A stretch of DNA of 64,000 nucleotides, taken from NCBI GenBank assembly GCA_965235115.1, contig OZ249445.1:9548001-9612000 (forward strand), read 5' to 3'. The notes under the pieces are model-generated. The model was given only the letters and a program-made list of their open reading frames with translations. It did no database searches and was not told where the DNA came from. Position 1 is the stretch's first letter, and each line of letters opens with the position of its first letter. Positions 24,801 to 38,100 of this stretch are shown here, in pieces. The translations under genes were made by a program, and so were the position numbers. This DNA is from Laetmonice hystrix. Taxonomy: Eukaryota.

Positions 24801-27027
24801 AATGCCCACATGCGACATTGTAACCCCTCGCTCGCCATCCGAAGCGGTTATCTGACACCGAACCCTCCCCTTGCCACAGGAGCGGACCCAATACCTAAAT
24901 AATGCGACCTCGTGCCATATTCACGTTGCCGTATGCATTATTCAATTTAGCACTTGCACAATGTCACAAGATTCGGACCCGGTTAGTAACAGTGCATTAT
25001 GCTTATATAGCGCAACATTCAGGCGGATAGTCATGTTTACTCAGTGCAATCAATTTTCATAATGCACTCTATGTTTCTATCTATGTTCTAATGAAGTATT
25101 CTATTTGAAAGGACAGAAATATACAGCCAATAATACAGGCTTCATGTGTATTATGCACGTATTGCAGTAATATTTCAGTCCGATAAATTCGGCTACATAA
25201 TTTGGGAATATTTGTCAGCAGTTCTCAGTATCTAAGGGCATGGACTTGTATTAATTATACTTCGGTATTTTGAGCATGTCTGCTAAGGTATGACAAAAGT
25301 GCTTCTGTGTGTTGACACTGTTCAATTTATTTTCCATACTACATCATAAATGCTTGCCTTTTCACGAGCCTACGTAACTATACAATGTCTTTGTTTTAAA
25401 ACATCGTCGTTCAGGACGGGTTATCAGAGTGCCTGATGGCAAGGTCTACACCATTTACACAGTGTCATACTGACTGGCTTTAATAGAGAGGTCTTCTCGA
25501 CAATGTTCGACTCGACAACGGTGGACCACGCGAGTCCAGAACGGCAGCCAGGACCGCTCTCACAGCCGCCATCTAGCGGCGGGCGAGCGAGGCGTCCCCT
25601 TAGCACAGAGCAACCAGTTAAAAGATGACGATGTTTTGAAACACGCTTGGAATCGAAGACTATGTTTTAAAAGACGAAATAAAACTCGTCAAGGCAGGAC
25701 GTCATATATATATATTTATATATATATATGTACTGTTTCTGAAAGTTGTTAAACAAAAGAAATACTCCCAACTTTAGTTGTATTGCACTATAATTTTATA
25801 ATGCCAAATACACCATGGTGCACAATTAACTGTATACTGTAATATTACTCACAAATAATAAATTATGACAGACCATGAATATATTTCATAAAACAACAGA
25901 ACTGAAAATCACGCTTTAGTTATCACATTCTCTGGGCGAATCTGATAAGAAAAGATGATTTTTTAAACAACAAATTTAGATTTTCCGTCTTCTTTGGGTG
26001 AAAACACTGGTTTCTGTTGTTTGAAACGCAGAAATCATAACACAGCTCCGAGTCAATGTGCTGCATAGGTAAGATCTCCCCATAAAGTAGTTCCTTCAGC
26101 TACCACCAGATGTCTCAAAGAATATAGACCTTTGCGGGAAATATTAGTCAAGAATTCAGCATCAACGTGTCAGTTTGTGAACCCACCTTCCATTTCAGGC
26201 TACAGATATTGCCCAAAACAGGGGTAGGCGGAACCCCCTTTTATAAAGTTCCGTGTAAGGATATTAAACAGGTACGCCTACACTTCTCATGCTACGGCAG
26301 TTTCTCATGCTACGGCAGCTATAGGAATCCAAGAAATTCTATAATGTACATGTATATGTGAAAGCTTAAGGTGCAGGGACTTCAAAAGCGCTATGACTGG
26401 AATACTCTTTAAATGTAAAGGATTTTGTTATAGAACAATGGAAGGTGGTTCCACTGAATGCCACGTGATCCCGCTCAGGCATGTTTGGTCCTTTCGTGTA
26501 AAATTATCTTTTTTTTCCTCTTGTATATTAAACCAACGTCCAGAAATTTAATGTTTACATCACAGTCTTTCTTGTATTATTACAGCACTGCAGGTCCTAT
26601 ATCAATAATAGCCTGTAAGAAGGCGTTGAGCACGTCCGTCCTTTGTAAACTGAGACAGGACTTTTTTGATCATACGACACATGGGGTGAGATGGTTAACC
26701 AGAGAATCGTCTGGTGGTAAATATACGTCACTCCAGACTGGGAGATCTTGCCTACTGCGACCAGAGGGCTCCATCTCAACGGTAAACATTAATCAACACA
26801 GTCCTTCCCTGAGGATACAAAAATCTTAATCAAGAGATGGGGTTGCGCTGAACACCAGTTTCTCTTTGGTTCCATCTTGATATACAGAATATGTATACAT
26901 AATGGTTTATGTATTTCCCCCCCGGCCCGCATTCCCTGCTTTGCTCAGAGCAACATCATTTCTCAATTAACATCATTGGATGCCCAATAAAAGATACTTT
27001 TGTGATTAACACTTACGTGTACGCTAG

Positions 27028-27041
27028 CCAGCAGAGGGCGC
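27028..27041 (+). promoter_or_regulatory. CTCF-like motif
   Basis: CCAGCAGAGGGCGC matches the CCASYAGRKGGCRS consensus; sequence match only. Confidence 0.4.
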
Positions 27042-30000
27042 AACTGCCCCATCTGGCGATCTTGGTGCCCCCTGTTGAGTGACGTGGAGCTGAACCAACA
27101 AGCAAGAGACGCTAGGTCATCATGTTCCTTTATCCGTTGCTAAGTAACACTTTGCCACCCAGTTGGGGCAACACCTGCATTTGGCACGTTATACTGTAAA
27201 ACATGAATTATTCCACACACATGACATTTTCCCATCGGTTTTTGTTTTTTTTTTCTCTATCTAATACAAAAAGGGCCGCTCCTTTAAACGTACAATGGTC
27301 TACAAAGACATTTCTTTGTTTTAAAGGAAAAAACCACAACAAATTATTCGGGTATGGGGTGGGATGAACGTTAATGACCGGGGCCAATTCTTGCTAAAAT
27401 GCCATGTTGTGAAAACTCCTGTTTGACAATATGGACACACACGGGCTGGTTGTCAGCTGATTGAACTGATAAAGGTTCCCTATGGCACACGATCTCTGCC
27501 TTGTATCTGGTTTCCAAGGCTAAAACTGAAAACTTCCCTCACCAAACACCTCCACATAGCTTCAAGCGGCCGAGGCCGATGGTGATTACCGAAGATGTAG
27601 GCAAAGGTTTTCATAAAACTAAAAATGTAAACTCAGATTGAGGAAGAAGAATGAAAATAAACCATACAGCTCCTTTTTGGCGCTATTTTTGTCCTGCGCG
27701 GCATAACCCATCGTTGGCGCTATCCATAACATCGAGAAATAATATGCAATACACCTACGACGGAATACTTGTGGAGAAATGCATAAATGAAATGATAACA
27801 CTGTACCTGTGTAGTCAACCCTTTTCATATATCCATGATTACTTTGAAAAATATTAGAAAGACAAACAAATGATCCAGACAAATCACGGAGCACAACAAC
27901 TGGGTCTATATGTATGAATTTACCATCATCATCATAATCAATTATTATTGTTATCGTTACTATTAGAACACCAATATTATAGGTACGTCAAAACAACGGC
28001 AAGGCATCGTATGTAATAAACACACATTAAGCAAGAAAATTGCAAATACATTAGGTGAAAAATTACGTCTAGGTTATTTGCGAAGCAGACATTTCAAAGG
28101 TGGGCTGTCTAAAGACAAACCTGCCGCAATAAAGGCCTTCTCAAGCCGACAATCTATCTCATAATTCTTCACAGAAATCTTTCTGGACAAAACGAAGTCA
28201 GTCTACCTGTACTGGAAAGTATCGTGCAACTATTCTTTTGAACACAATATGGTCAATGATAAACGTTCTACAGCCACATTTGGCTTCGAGTTTCTTGTGG
28301 TTACACTAAATCTTGTGGTTACGCTAAATCTAACAGAGAAAAGGAGTCAATCTATTCGTTCATTACATACCTGGGGGCCCGAACTCCCCCAGAACGGGTG
28401 AAACGCCTTTACTCAAAATCTAATTCCGCTGGGACCAATCAAACAGTCCTCATTCAGGTCACTCAAAGACAATGTTTCCCTTCCGGTTGTTGGCATTTTG
28501 GTTACATTTCTGAGCAAAATTAAATATTAGGAAAGGAGGAAATCGGTAACCAAGAGGGTATCCGAAAACATAACTTCCAGATGTCCACGTGAGGTTAACA
28601 ATTTACGAATCGACTCTGGCTGAAGACAAGGTCGAGCCCACTGTAAGCCACGGAGGCCGTCCAACACTGGCTCCAACGTGAGATTCGGGATCGGCAAGAA
28701 ATGACGGCCTCAGCTCATCAATGTACTAACATCAATTAAAAACCTTGGCGCAAAAAGATTACAAGTATTGCGATTTTTCCAACTAAACCAATTGGGAAGA
28801 AAAATTTCTTAAGAAATTTTTGGATGAGGTTTGAATAATGCCGAGGTCTACCGTGGGAGAAAGAACTAAGGTCAACTTTTTTAATGGTGGATATATGGCA
28901 GGATCAACGAGCACTATCGAATAAAGTTGTGGCCGTCCCCAGTGGCTCCACCTGCCGTCAGATCTGGTACTCTGACCTAACTTACACTAAACCATCGTTA
29001 TCTTCAGTTAGAGCAATTCAGCTCACTCGTGTAAGACTGAATGCTGGTACAACGTGTAAAGCCACTACGACAAACCCTAGCAAGCATGAGATCCATGTAT
29101 GGATATTAAATGGTGTTCATACCGTAGGAAGGGTTATTACCATTAAGAATAACTGCAGCGGTATAGCATTCTGTATGGTTATGCAAGACACCTGAGAAAT
29201 TCTACATGCCTAAATAGTTAAAATCTAAACTTATCAACTGAATATTATGACTAGATCACTGAGGTAATTTGATTCAATTTTACTGGACAAGAACTGTCGC
29301 CTTTATGGCTTTAACTATACCAGAAGATCTCTAAATTCAGTGACAAGTACAATTTGGCTTTGAGAGAAAAACATGGGATCATCCGTTAGAAACAGGCTTA
29401 ATACGAGACCACCTAATTTGTCCCCAATTCATACCTTACAATATTTCTCAAGGAACCTACATGTCCCATTCTCCCATAGTCAAGGCGTTATACGATGCTG
29501 GTATGAGACCGGCGGGCCGCCACCCGGGGCCAGCCGCCGGACACTCGGGGTGGGTCTGCCCCACCCGACCCTGCCCGTACCGAATCAAACACAGGCTTAT
29601 ATACCGCATCTCTATACATTGTACCAATTTTACAGTAGAAGCTTTATGTGTGAGGATTACGTCACGCCCCCATGCACAGAGTTGTTTGTTGCCTTACAGA
29701 TTCAGATTTACGTAACTGTTCCACAAAGGTTGATTGTTTATGCTTTGACGAGTACCAACATAGGACAAGACCGGATAAGGATAAAAAAAACTAGTGTACC
29801 TTGCCTAATGGCTTGATCTGTGAAAGTGTGCTGGCCTGACTCGGGAGGGTTGTGGAGACCAGGCCCGTGAGCCCGTCGACTGATAGAGAGGGGTCGCTAC
29901 TCACAGCGGCTGGCACCAGCAATCTAGCAAAACTACTATTACTGCAACAGACACCCTCAACGTTTGGTCGGTTCACTGACAACCCGTCCTGGATTGGGCC

Positions 30001-31966
30001 GTTATATACCTCAACAACGGCCAAGATCATATTGAGGTTGTCAGTTTGACTAATGAAGGTAACCGGTATACCAATCATCTTGCAGAAGGTAACTGCAAAG
30101 GTTCACATAGCTATGCTCCATAAAGGGGATTCTTTAAGTTGAGTGTACTGTATAATATAGGGATCCCCTTCCGTAACTTCCAATAACCAGGGCTTCATCT
30201 TATAGCTTTTAAAGGTATGACCATTTTGGACTAGAAATCGATAGGTAATGGGGATATAATGGTCAAAATATATTATAATACTAAATACCACTAGGGATGG
30301 GGGCAGGGGTCGTTTAGTTTAGGGGGAAGGGTGTCGGTTGTTTAAGAGCAAGCACCTTTGTTTCATTTTGCGATCATGTTGTGCCAGCCAGCAGTGAGCG
30401 GCTGGCGGCCTGGGCCCCGCGCCCTCTCCTACGCAGGCCACAACTTCCTATCCAAACACACCACGGACAAAATTGATCTATATATATAGATTAGATATTT
30501 ACGAGAATACACCCACAAGACGAAGCACGTGACATAATGGTGAGGACAATAATCAATAAATTGGTGAAAAACTACAGGTACTGGTTCATATCGGATCTTT
30601 TCTCTTTTTCCCCCATTTTTGTTTTCACCAGATTTTCTACCATATTTTTCTTGGTGACCTTATTTTTGTATGTATATTTTCCCCTTGTGTATCTTGGAGT
30701 TAATTCTTTGACTTCTTTTTCACACCCATGCTTCAACGAACGATGCCGGTTACTGGTCCCTGACAACGCAAGACTCACTCATACAGTCTACATCTGGCCG
30801 AAGGACCTGCAGTGTACAGTTTGGTCACCCAGTAGAGACGCTCTCTCGCCGGTAGAGACGCTCTTTCTCGGGTAGAGACGCTCTCTCAAGGTTGCCCCCA
30901 GAGGCTGCCTCAGTGGACCATACTGCAGGCCTTGACCGTGCTATAAAAGCGCCATTCCGTCATCATTAGCGGCGCTGTGAGTGCCTTCCGTAACTCTCAC
31001 TTCTCACATACGTATAGATTATACAGGTTAGCATATCAACATGGTCAACTATCTGATATGTCCTAATTACAAATACATAATTACAGTAGCCAAAATAGAT
31101 CGGAGAGACAAGGTGTTTTGTCAATAGTTTCCATAATACAGACATTCTGAAAAGAAACACGGGATGGATATTTTCAAGGGCGAGCAAAATTATGCCTGCC
31201 CTCTTCCTCTCCAAACGTCAGTCATGTCTCAATAAAACATGCATTTTAGGAGGCCGAGGATAACATCCTCATATTCTATCCACTGGTCTTATGACCCGAC
31301 ACTGTACTCAAATAAATAAATAAATAAAAATAATACTCATAGTCGTTTGACGTAACTTATACTAGATTTTCTTGAGTGAAAACTCAGTTGTTCGTTTGGA
31401 GAAAAAGTCAGAAAAAAATGGTTTGATTAAGAATTCCTCGTATCACAGAAAATATTTTCAGAAAACATTGTCTTGCCCATCCATTTTGTCTAGTATTAGT
31501 ATTTGCAGACCACTCATCCTGAACTGGCTAGAATCCTGCCGCTTTCCGTCCAATCTAACCAACCAGGCTTTGCCTCCCTAAATTGTCCACCTGGGGGACA
31601 AAACAGCATGGTCTGTGTTCATGATTCTCTCTTCTTGCATGGGAAAAAATGTCACTCAACTTTTCGGGTTAGCAGTTCCCGGCTGCACGCATGCAGGCCC
31701 GGGGACCTTGATCTTTCCATGACTGAACCGGATCACCTTACGGTAGCTATACAGCTATGTGTGGGTATATCTAATATTAACAACAAATCTGACACTAAAA
31801 CCAGTACTTTTTTTCTACTGCAAAAGAAAAACCGTGCAGCTGCTGACTGCTGAGTTGCCTCACAATGCTGCGAGCAGACAGTCCAGCACGCTTCCATCAT
31901 GATACACAGACCGTTATGGTGCCCGACTGGGCGGGCTACCGCAAAGTCGGGCACTAGGTAAGAACT

Positions 31967-32092
31967 CACAGGGCACCGCCTGTAATATAGGTCACAGGGC
32001 ACTGCCTGTAATGTAGGTCATAGGCCATCAGCCTGTAATATAGGTCATAACCTGTAATGAAGGTCACAGGTCACCACCTGAAATATAGGTCG
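31967..32092. repeat. Degenerate tandem repeat of about 27 bp (CACAGGGCACTGCCTGTAATATAGGT-like)
   Basis: Four to five diverged copies of CCTGTAAT.TAGGTCA. Confidence 0.6.
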
Positions 32093-34875
32093 ATTAATCT
32101 AGGTCACACGGTTGTTCAGGATGCTGGGTTGCAACAGCACCAGTGATTCACTCTGTACATTTTCTATATACAGACCTCATGATGATACCGAGAGAAACCA
32201 ACTGACCCATTAAAGACCCATCCGACAAGATTGCCCGCCTCTTGCCTCTGTCACACTAACGCCCCTTCGTGAGCAACCAGCAAAGAGGCATTTTCCAATG
32301 GCGGAATTAATTATTTGAGCATGCTGGGCGGTGGTTATCAGGCTATGTTTGAGCTTCAATAATCCCACACCAATTTCTGACGTATCACCTAACCATGATG
32401 TCTCCTCGCTCAAACGTCCAGCCTGTGCCCGTCGCTCACAAATGAGGACCAAACATTGGGGCATATTGTAAGAAAACCATCATTATTTTTGTTCCTGCCC
32501 ATATGCGGTAAACGCACGGCTCCCTGCGTGGCGAACCTGCCTTGCTGCATATGGGCTCCAAAGTAGCTCTCAAGTCCTTTCACAACAAAGCTAAAAACTG
32601 CGCGGGCGAGACCCTGCCTGTCACAAGTATATTACATCACCCAAACGGCTACAATAAAGCAACACCTGTCGCAATGCACCCGTAACCCACTCAGAAACCA
32701 GTGACGACCCCAACGACCTCAGTGAGCCGTATCGGGGTCAATCAGTGCAGTCAATCCCGACCTCTCTGTGGGATCCTACCAGGAACTCCCAGCCGCCATA
32801 CAGGACGTATCAGAACAACACACTTGGCCCAACAGGCGCCAACATCTCCCCTCAATTCTGCCCAATTTCCGGGCGGGTTACGGATGGATCACTCAAGTGC
32901 CTGGGCTAGTAATGATAAAGCCCTGGATATAAGAGACACAGGACACGTGCTATGGTCACACTAAAACACTCCAAACCACTTTGGATACATGTTCAGTCGC
33001 AGCTACTCGACTGTCCACCAGTCTCCCCAGAATGGGGCTAAAACATACGACTACCTGATACTCTGCTGCTCGACAACATGTATAAAGTCAGACACCTACT
33101 ATAGGCTGGTTGTCCACACGCCACTGCTGCTGCTTACAAGAACACCTAGAATACGCTATGTTTTTGTGGGTTTTCTCTTGGGTCTATTATAAAGAACAAT
33201 CTTGGGGAAAAAATCCATTCGGTAGGTTTCTCAAACTCTTCTCGAGAGCACATGCAGATCATCATGATCCGATTGGCTTAGACACCCTTATATTCTATCA
33301 CATAAGCAAAGAGATCGTTTAACGCCACCACGCCACACAGCACTGCCCAGCCGATCAACCCACCGGGCCGCTGCTGCTGGCACTCAGAAACTCTACCACC
33401 ACTGCACACCATCTGGTACACTCTCCCCTCAAACAGAACCAACCTACCACAACTTGGACCATTTCACATTCTATTCTAGTCAATCAGAACTATTTCAATC
33501 AGTCAAAAACTTATTCTTGCCATGTATGATTTACGATCGGTAAAATGATGAACATGCTATGTGCAATTATATATAACTTTTGTTGTGGTCTAAAACTTTG
33601 TGTGGGTATGGTAAGGTTTCATGGGTGCCAGCCCAGGCAGCCAAACGTAGGAAACATTACTCAATCACTCTCTATACCAAGGTTCCAACATAGACAACAT
33701 GTGCGTTTCGATGCCTTCCATTTAAAACTTGATTCCCCTGGAACCCTGGTACCTCTACCTCTGAATCGTAGCCATTTAACTTACTGTAACTTTGTTTTCT
33801 AAAACTGTTCTGTAGCGCAAGACCTACGAAAAAGGCTGGTGCTGCCGTTATATTACTCCGCATGCTTAAAATCACTTACAACATTTATTATCATCAGCGA
33901 GACAAAGGTAGAGACAGCGATTTGTGTAAAATCTTATTTTGAACGTGTAATTCTCCACATCTCTGTTCGGGGTTGGGTGGGCAGGATGCTGTTTGGATGG
34001 TGGCCATTGCCACCTTTTGGGCCCAATGCTACCGACTACCTGCACATTGCAAACACTGCCCATTGCTGACAGATGGCCAGTGCTTAAGGATTCAAACCTA
34101 AAATGCCAGAAGGTTCTACAGACTCTTGATTTGACTGGCTCCAGGCCACTGAACATGTACTATATATATATTAATGTTAGACCTCGCCATTTTGGGTTTG
34201 AACGTTTTCCCTTAACATCTTTTATATTATACATAATATGTTCAGTTGAGCCAGCGTAATAACAATAATATTAATACTAATATCATGGTTTGCCACATGA
34301 CCAGCCTCAATTTTGACTGGACTCACAAATAATATTTCATTTTTTCCTCTCTGGCAGTTTCCTTTTTTTACTAGCCTCGGGCTAAAGATCAGTCCATCGT
34401 AAATTATGGCTACTGAAAAATGTCACTCAATTAGTTAAACTGACTTCGCCTCCACCCTGGGGGAAAATCACCCAGGGCATTTTTCAAATAGCCTCAGACA
34501 AATGGAGCCTTGACAAAAAAGGGTGAATAGACAGTGCGACTGTTTCTCTCAGAGTTCCACTGGCCTAAATAGATTTTTTACTTGCAGGTCACTGCCAATA
34601 TAGGCTTTCAAGCAAGCGTCCTACATTGGCTGTGACCTGCGTGGATTGTCCGCTAGCCCCTAGCTATAATATTACATACACTTTAATATAATGTTATCAT
34701 ATAGAGACATACATATACAGAGCACAAGAACAAAGGGTGGCGGTTGTTTCTACACTACCAAAGAACCGTCCACTGGTAGATAAAAGTTTTCCTGCACTCT
34801 CTCCACTGGTGCAGGCACGGCGACACCTGCTCGACGACACCAGTGGAGAGGCTGCGGTCGTCCCACATCCAGTCT

Positions 34876-35104
34876 TTATGTGAACATCTCCTGCTCGATG
34901 GGTTTCTTTACCCACTCGCCGCAGCCAGCAAACCGGAATGCCTGACACATCAGGGCCTTGGCCTTCTGGTAGTTCTCGGCCATCTTCTTGGTACTGTAGT
35001 ACGTCTTTTGTACGCACGACTCCTTGCTGTACGTCTTGCAAACCTCTTTGAACTGCTTGTAGAGCGCATTCTTGGAAATCTGGGACACTATATCACTGCC
35101 AGGC
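34876..35104 (-). CDS. ADAR: ADAR terminal exon ([15 protein letters not shown]...YQKAK...[12 protein letters not shown])
   Basis: gcttgttacag acceptor, TAA at 34876-34878; typical ADAR C-terminal SK, Y..AK and W..KP motifs. Confidence 0.95.
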
Positions 35105-38100
35105 CTGTAACAAGCAAAAGTAGAATGTCCACATGAAGGATGCGTGCAACTAATCAAATCTAGTCCCATGTTTCCCTTTCGAAACTGTCCATTAGTCCAC
35201 CGGGGGTTGGCTTTAATATTATTGGAAGAGTGAAAACATAAGTAGGGGGTCAGAACAAGTTTTGGAGGGAGCAGAGAGACTGTGATGTCCAACTTAGTGC
35301 ATGCTTCCCTGTGGAAGTAAGGTCACAATACAAATTTGTCCTTCCTTCTTTATTCTCCCACTGCCTGCCAAAATGGTCTTGTTTAAAACGTTCCTGCCAA
35401 TAACAAAGTACGATTATATACCTCAAGATTTTTTCAAAACCATCACTTCTTAATGTACCGATTTTCATGCATTACATCCGACTCCACTGGAATTTCTAAC
35501 CATGAATGGACTGACGGATCCAAACAATCATGATTGTTCCTTAGTTACTGTAGCTAAGTCTACCCATGGTGGAAAAGGACGTATAAAATAATTAAGCTGG
35601 CTCAGTTTACGCAAAATGACACTCCACTGGCCATGGTGCAAAATACCCTTTTACATGCACAGGACCAAAGCAGGTTCAGGCTCTTTCCGAGCTTAGAAAG
35701 CTGTGCATCTAGTCTGCTAATTTACACTCGGCTAAAAACCAGATCAGGTTAGATCAAAATAAAGATTGTTTAAAAGACATCCTTTGAACTAAAGGACAGG
35801 TAGATCTTTACCCACGTAATTATGTGAGACAAACTAACTGCCTGTCAGTTGGTCTATTGGTATTCTAATTCTAGTTTTCCTAGCCCACCTGGAGGTGGTG
35901 GTTCAGCCTACCCGACCCGAGTACGTCAATGCTACTGCTGCCACCTAGTGGCTACCACTGAAGGCAATTATTTAGTCACATCGCCAGCTTCAATACCCAG
36001 CTAGTCGCAATATGTAACTTATAACTGCGTCAAAACATTGCAAGATTTACACTCAAATGGTATCCCTGGGCTGTTTACATTATCTTCCGTCTGTATCTGT
36101 GATCAAACATTTGCAAGCAAAAGTTCTACATTTGTAACTGATGCAAAATCTCAAACGATTGCTTTATGAAGCTATTAAGGCAACAATCGACAAAAACGAT
36201 CAAAAAGACCATCAAAAATATATCACACAAGACATTTGTGATGTTTAAAAAACATGCAAAAATGGGAAGACAAAATGTACCTAATGTGTCTGTTATACGC
36301 AAAAATGTGATATACTCCTATATACTCCTCGGTATTTTTTACATCTACAGATGGCAAACACCGAACACTACTTTTGGTAATAAAAGAATTGCAGAAACAA
36401 ATGACCAATACATGGAAAAACGGAAATTAAAACATCCCACGCTTTCCCTCAAAAATGATCATCATGGTGTTAGCTACATATATACGGCTCTAACTCTCGG
36501 CTGAAGATTAGACCTTTCTCCACATTTTTGTTCATCAATTTATTACTCATAAATGAGCGAGAGTGATTGGAAGGGGGCAATACACCTTAACGTTCACGTG
36601 GAGAACAAGTTTACAGAACGAAAGAAGTATTCACAATAGCAAATATCAGGACTTGTCAAAGCCACCAAATTTTCCTGTATAAAACACACAGAAGGGTAGT
36701 GGATCTCAACATATTACTGCGGCTCCTCCATACCAAATAATACTACCTCGACTTTAAGCAATAGCAAGACATTCCGCCAAACCCATTCTAGAAAGGCAGC
36801 CATTTTAGGTGGGAAGCAAATGTTTATTTATGACAGAATATCGACGATACATCACCATAACACCTAGAATGGGGCTGTCTCACCAATGCAATTCTGATCT
36901 CCTCATTGACGGTTTTTGGGATATAATATTTTGTTGTTGCTTGTTTTTTTCTTTCAACCAAATAAGTTGGAAAGTTTGAATATTCAGAACCATTCTTTTA
37001 GAGCTGATTTAGTTCTATGTGTAACAGGGAGACACACATGACTCTAGAAAATACGATATGTTAGATCTCCTAGAACACAAAGTATGTTTTGAAAATATAG
37101 TAGCAGTACATAACTACTTTACCCGACTGGAGACATTTTGTTTTTTTTAACAACATCCTTAATGTCGCCTGAATCCAAGAAGGGAGATATCCCGGCTAGA
37201 TGGGCCACTGTTGAATGTTATGATAGTGTCTTTAATTAACCCGTGATGGGATGTTAGAGAGAGGGAGAGAAATGTTAGTGAACAGGTGATAGCCGACCGA
37301 TGTAAACCTAATCTGTTACCACGTCACAGTCAGACAGACGACACGAGTGAATCGGTTCCACTGATGTAGAACATGGTCTGGCATGTCAAGACCCATTGTG
37401 GAAAAACTGGTGTTATCTTGCTGATTATGTTCAACCTAGTAGACGAGGTGATGCAGGTCCCTCAACTGCGTGTTTGTCGGACAGTTGTGTTGGTGGTGTG
37501 GGTGTGAGTTTGTGTATGTGTATGTGTAACACGAGTCAGGCCTACTCCAACAGGCCTGATCAACGTCACGGCATTAATCAGCCAGAGGCAAGGTCATTCG
37601 TGGTAAATTCGAAGGATCCTGGATAGTAGAGTAGAAAGAACAGTTTAAGATCCACTCAAAAAGTAAATTTGGTAAGATAAATAAACCTTATTTTCAAAAA
37701 CATAAAAAGACACAAAAAAAGAGAAGAGTTTCTAAAATCATGACTTCCTTACAGGTGACGATTCACTGGTTGTCAAAATAAAAACATACATTTTTTGTTT
37801 CGGTACAAAATAAGCCATGTCATTCACATCTATTGCATTCTGTATGAAGAAGTTTGATAACCTGCAAATGTCGCTAGTCAAGTCAGTCAAGAAGTCTGAG
37901 AGTTCAATCTAAAACATGCAATAATAAACTGAAACCACTATGAGAGAATACAAAATACGAAGACACGGAAGGCCACAGTACTTAAGAAAACCGACAGGAG
38001 TTTAACGAAAATTTTAGATGCAGAACCCAAGAATAAGAAATTGAGAGAAAGCCGAGAACTAAGCAAACACCAGGCATTATGGGATGTACAGGTCGACTGC

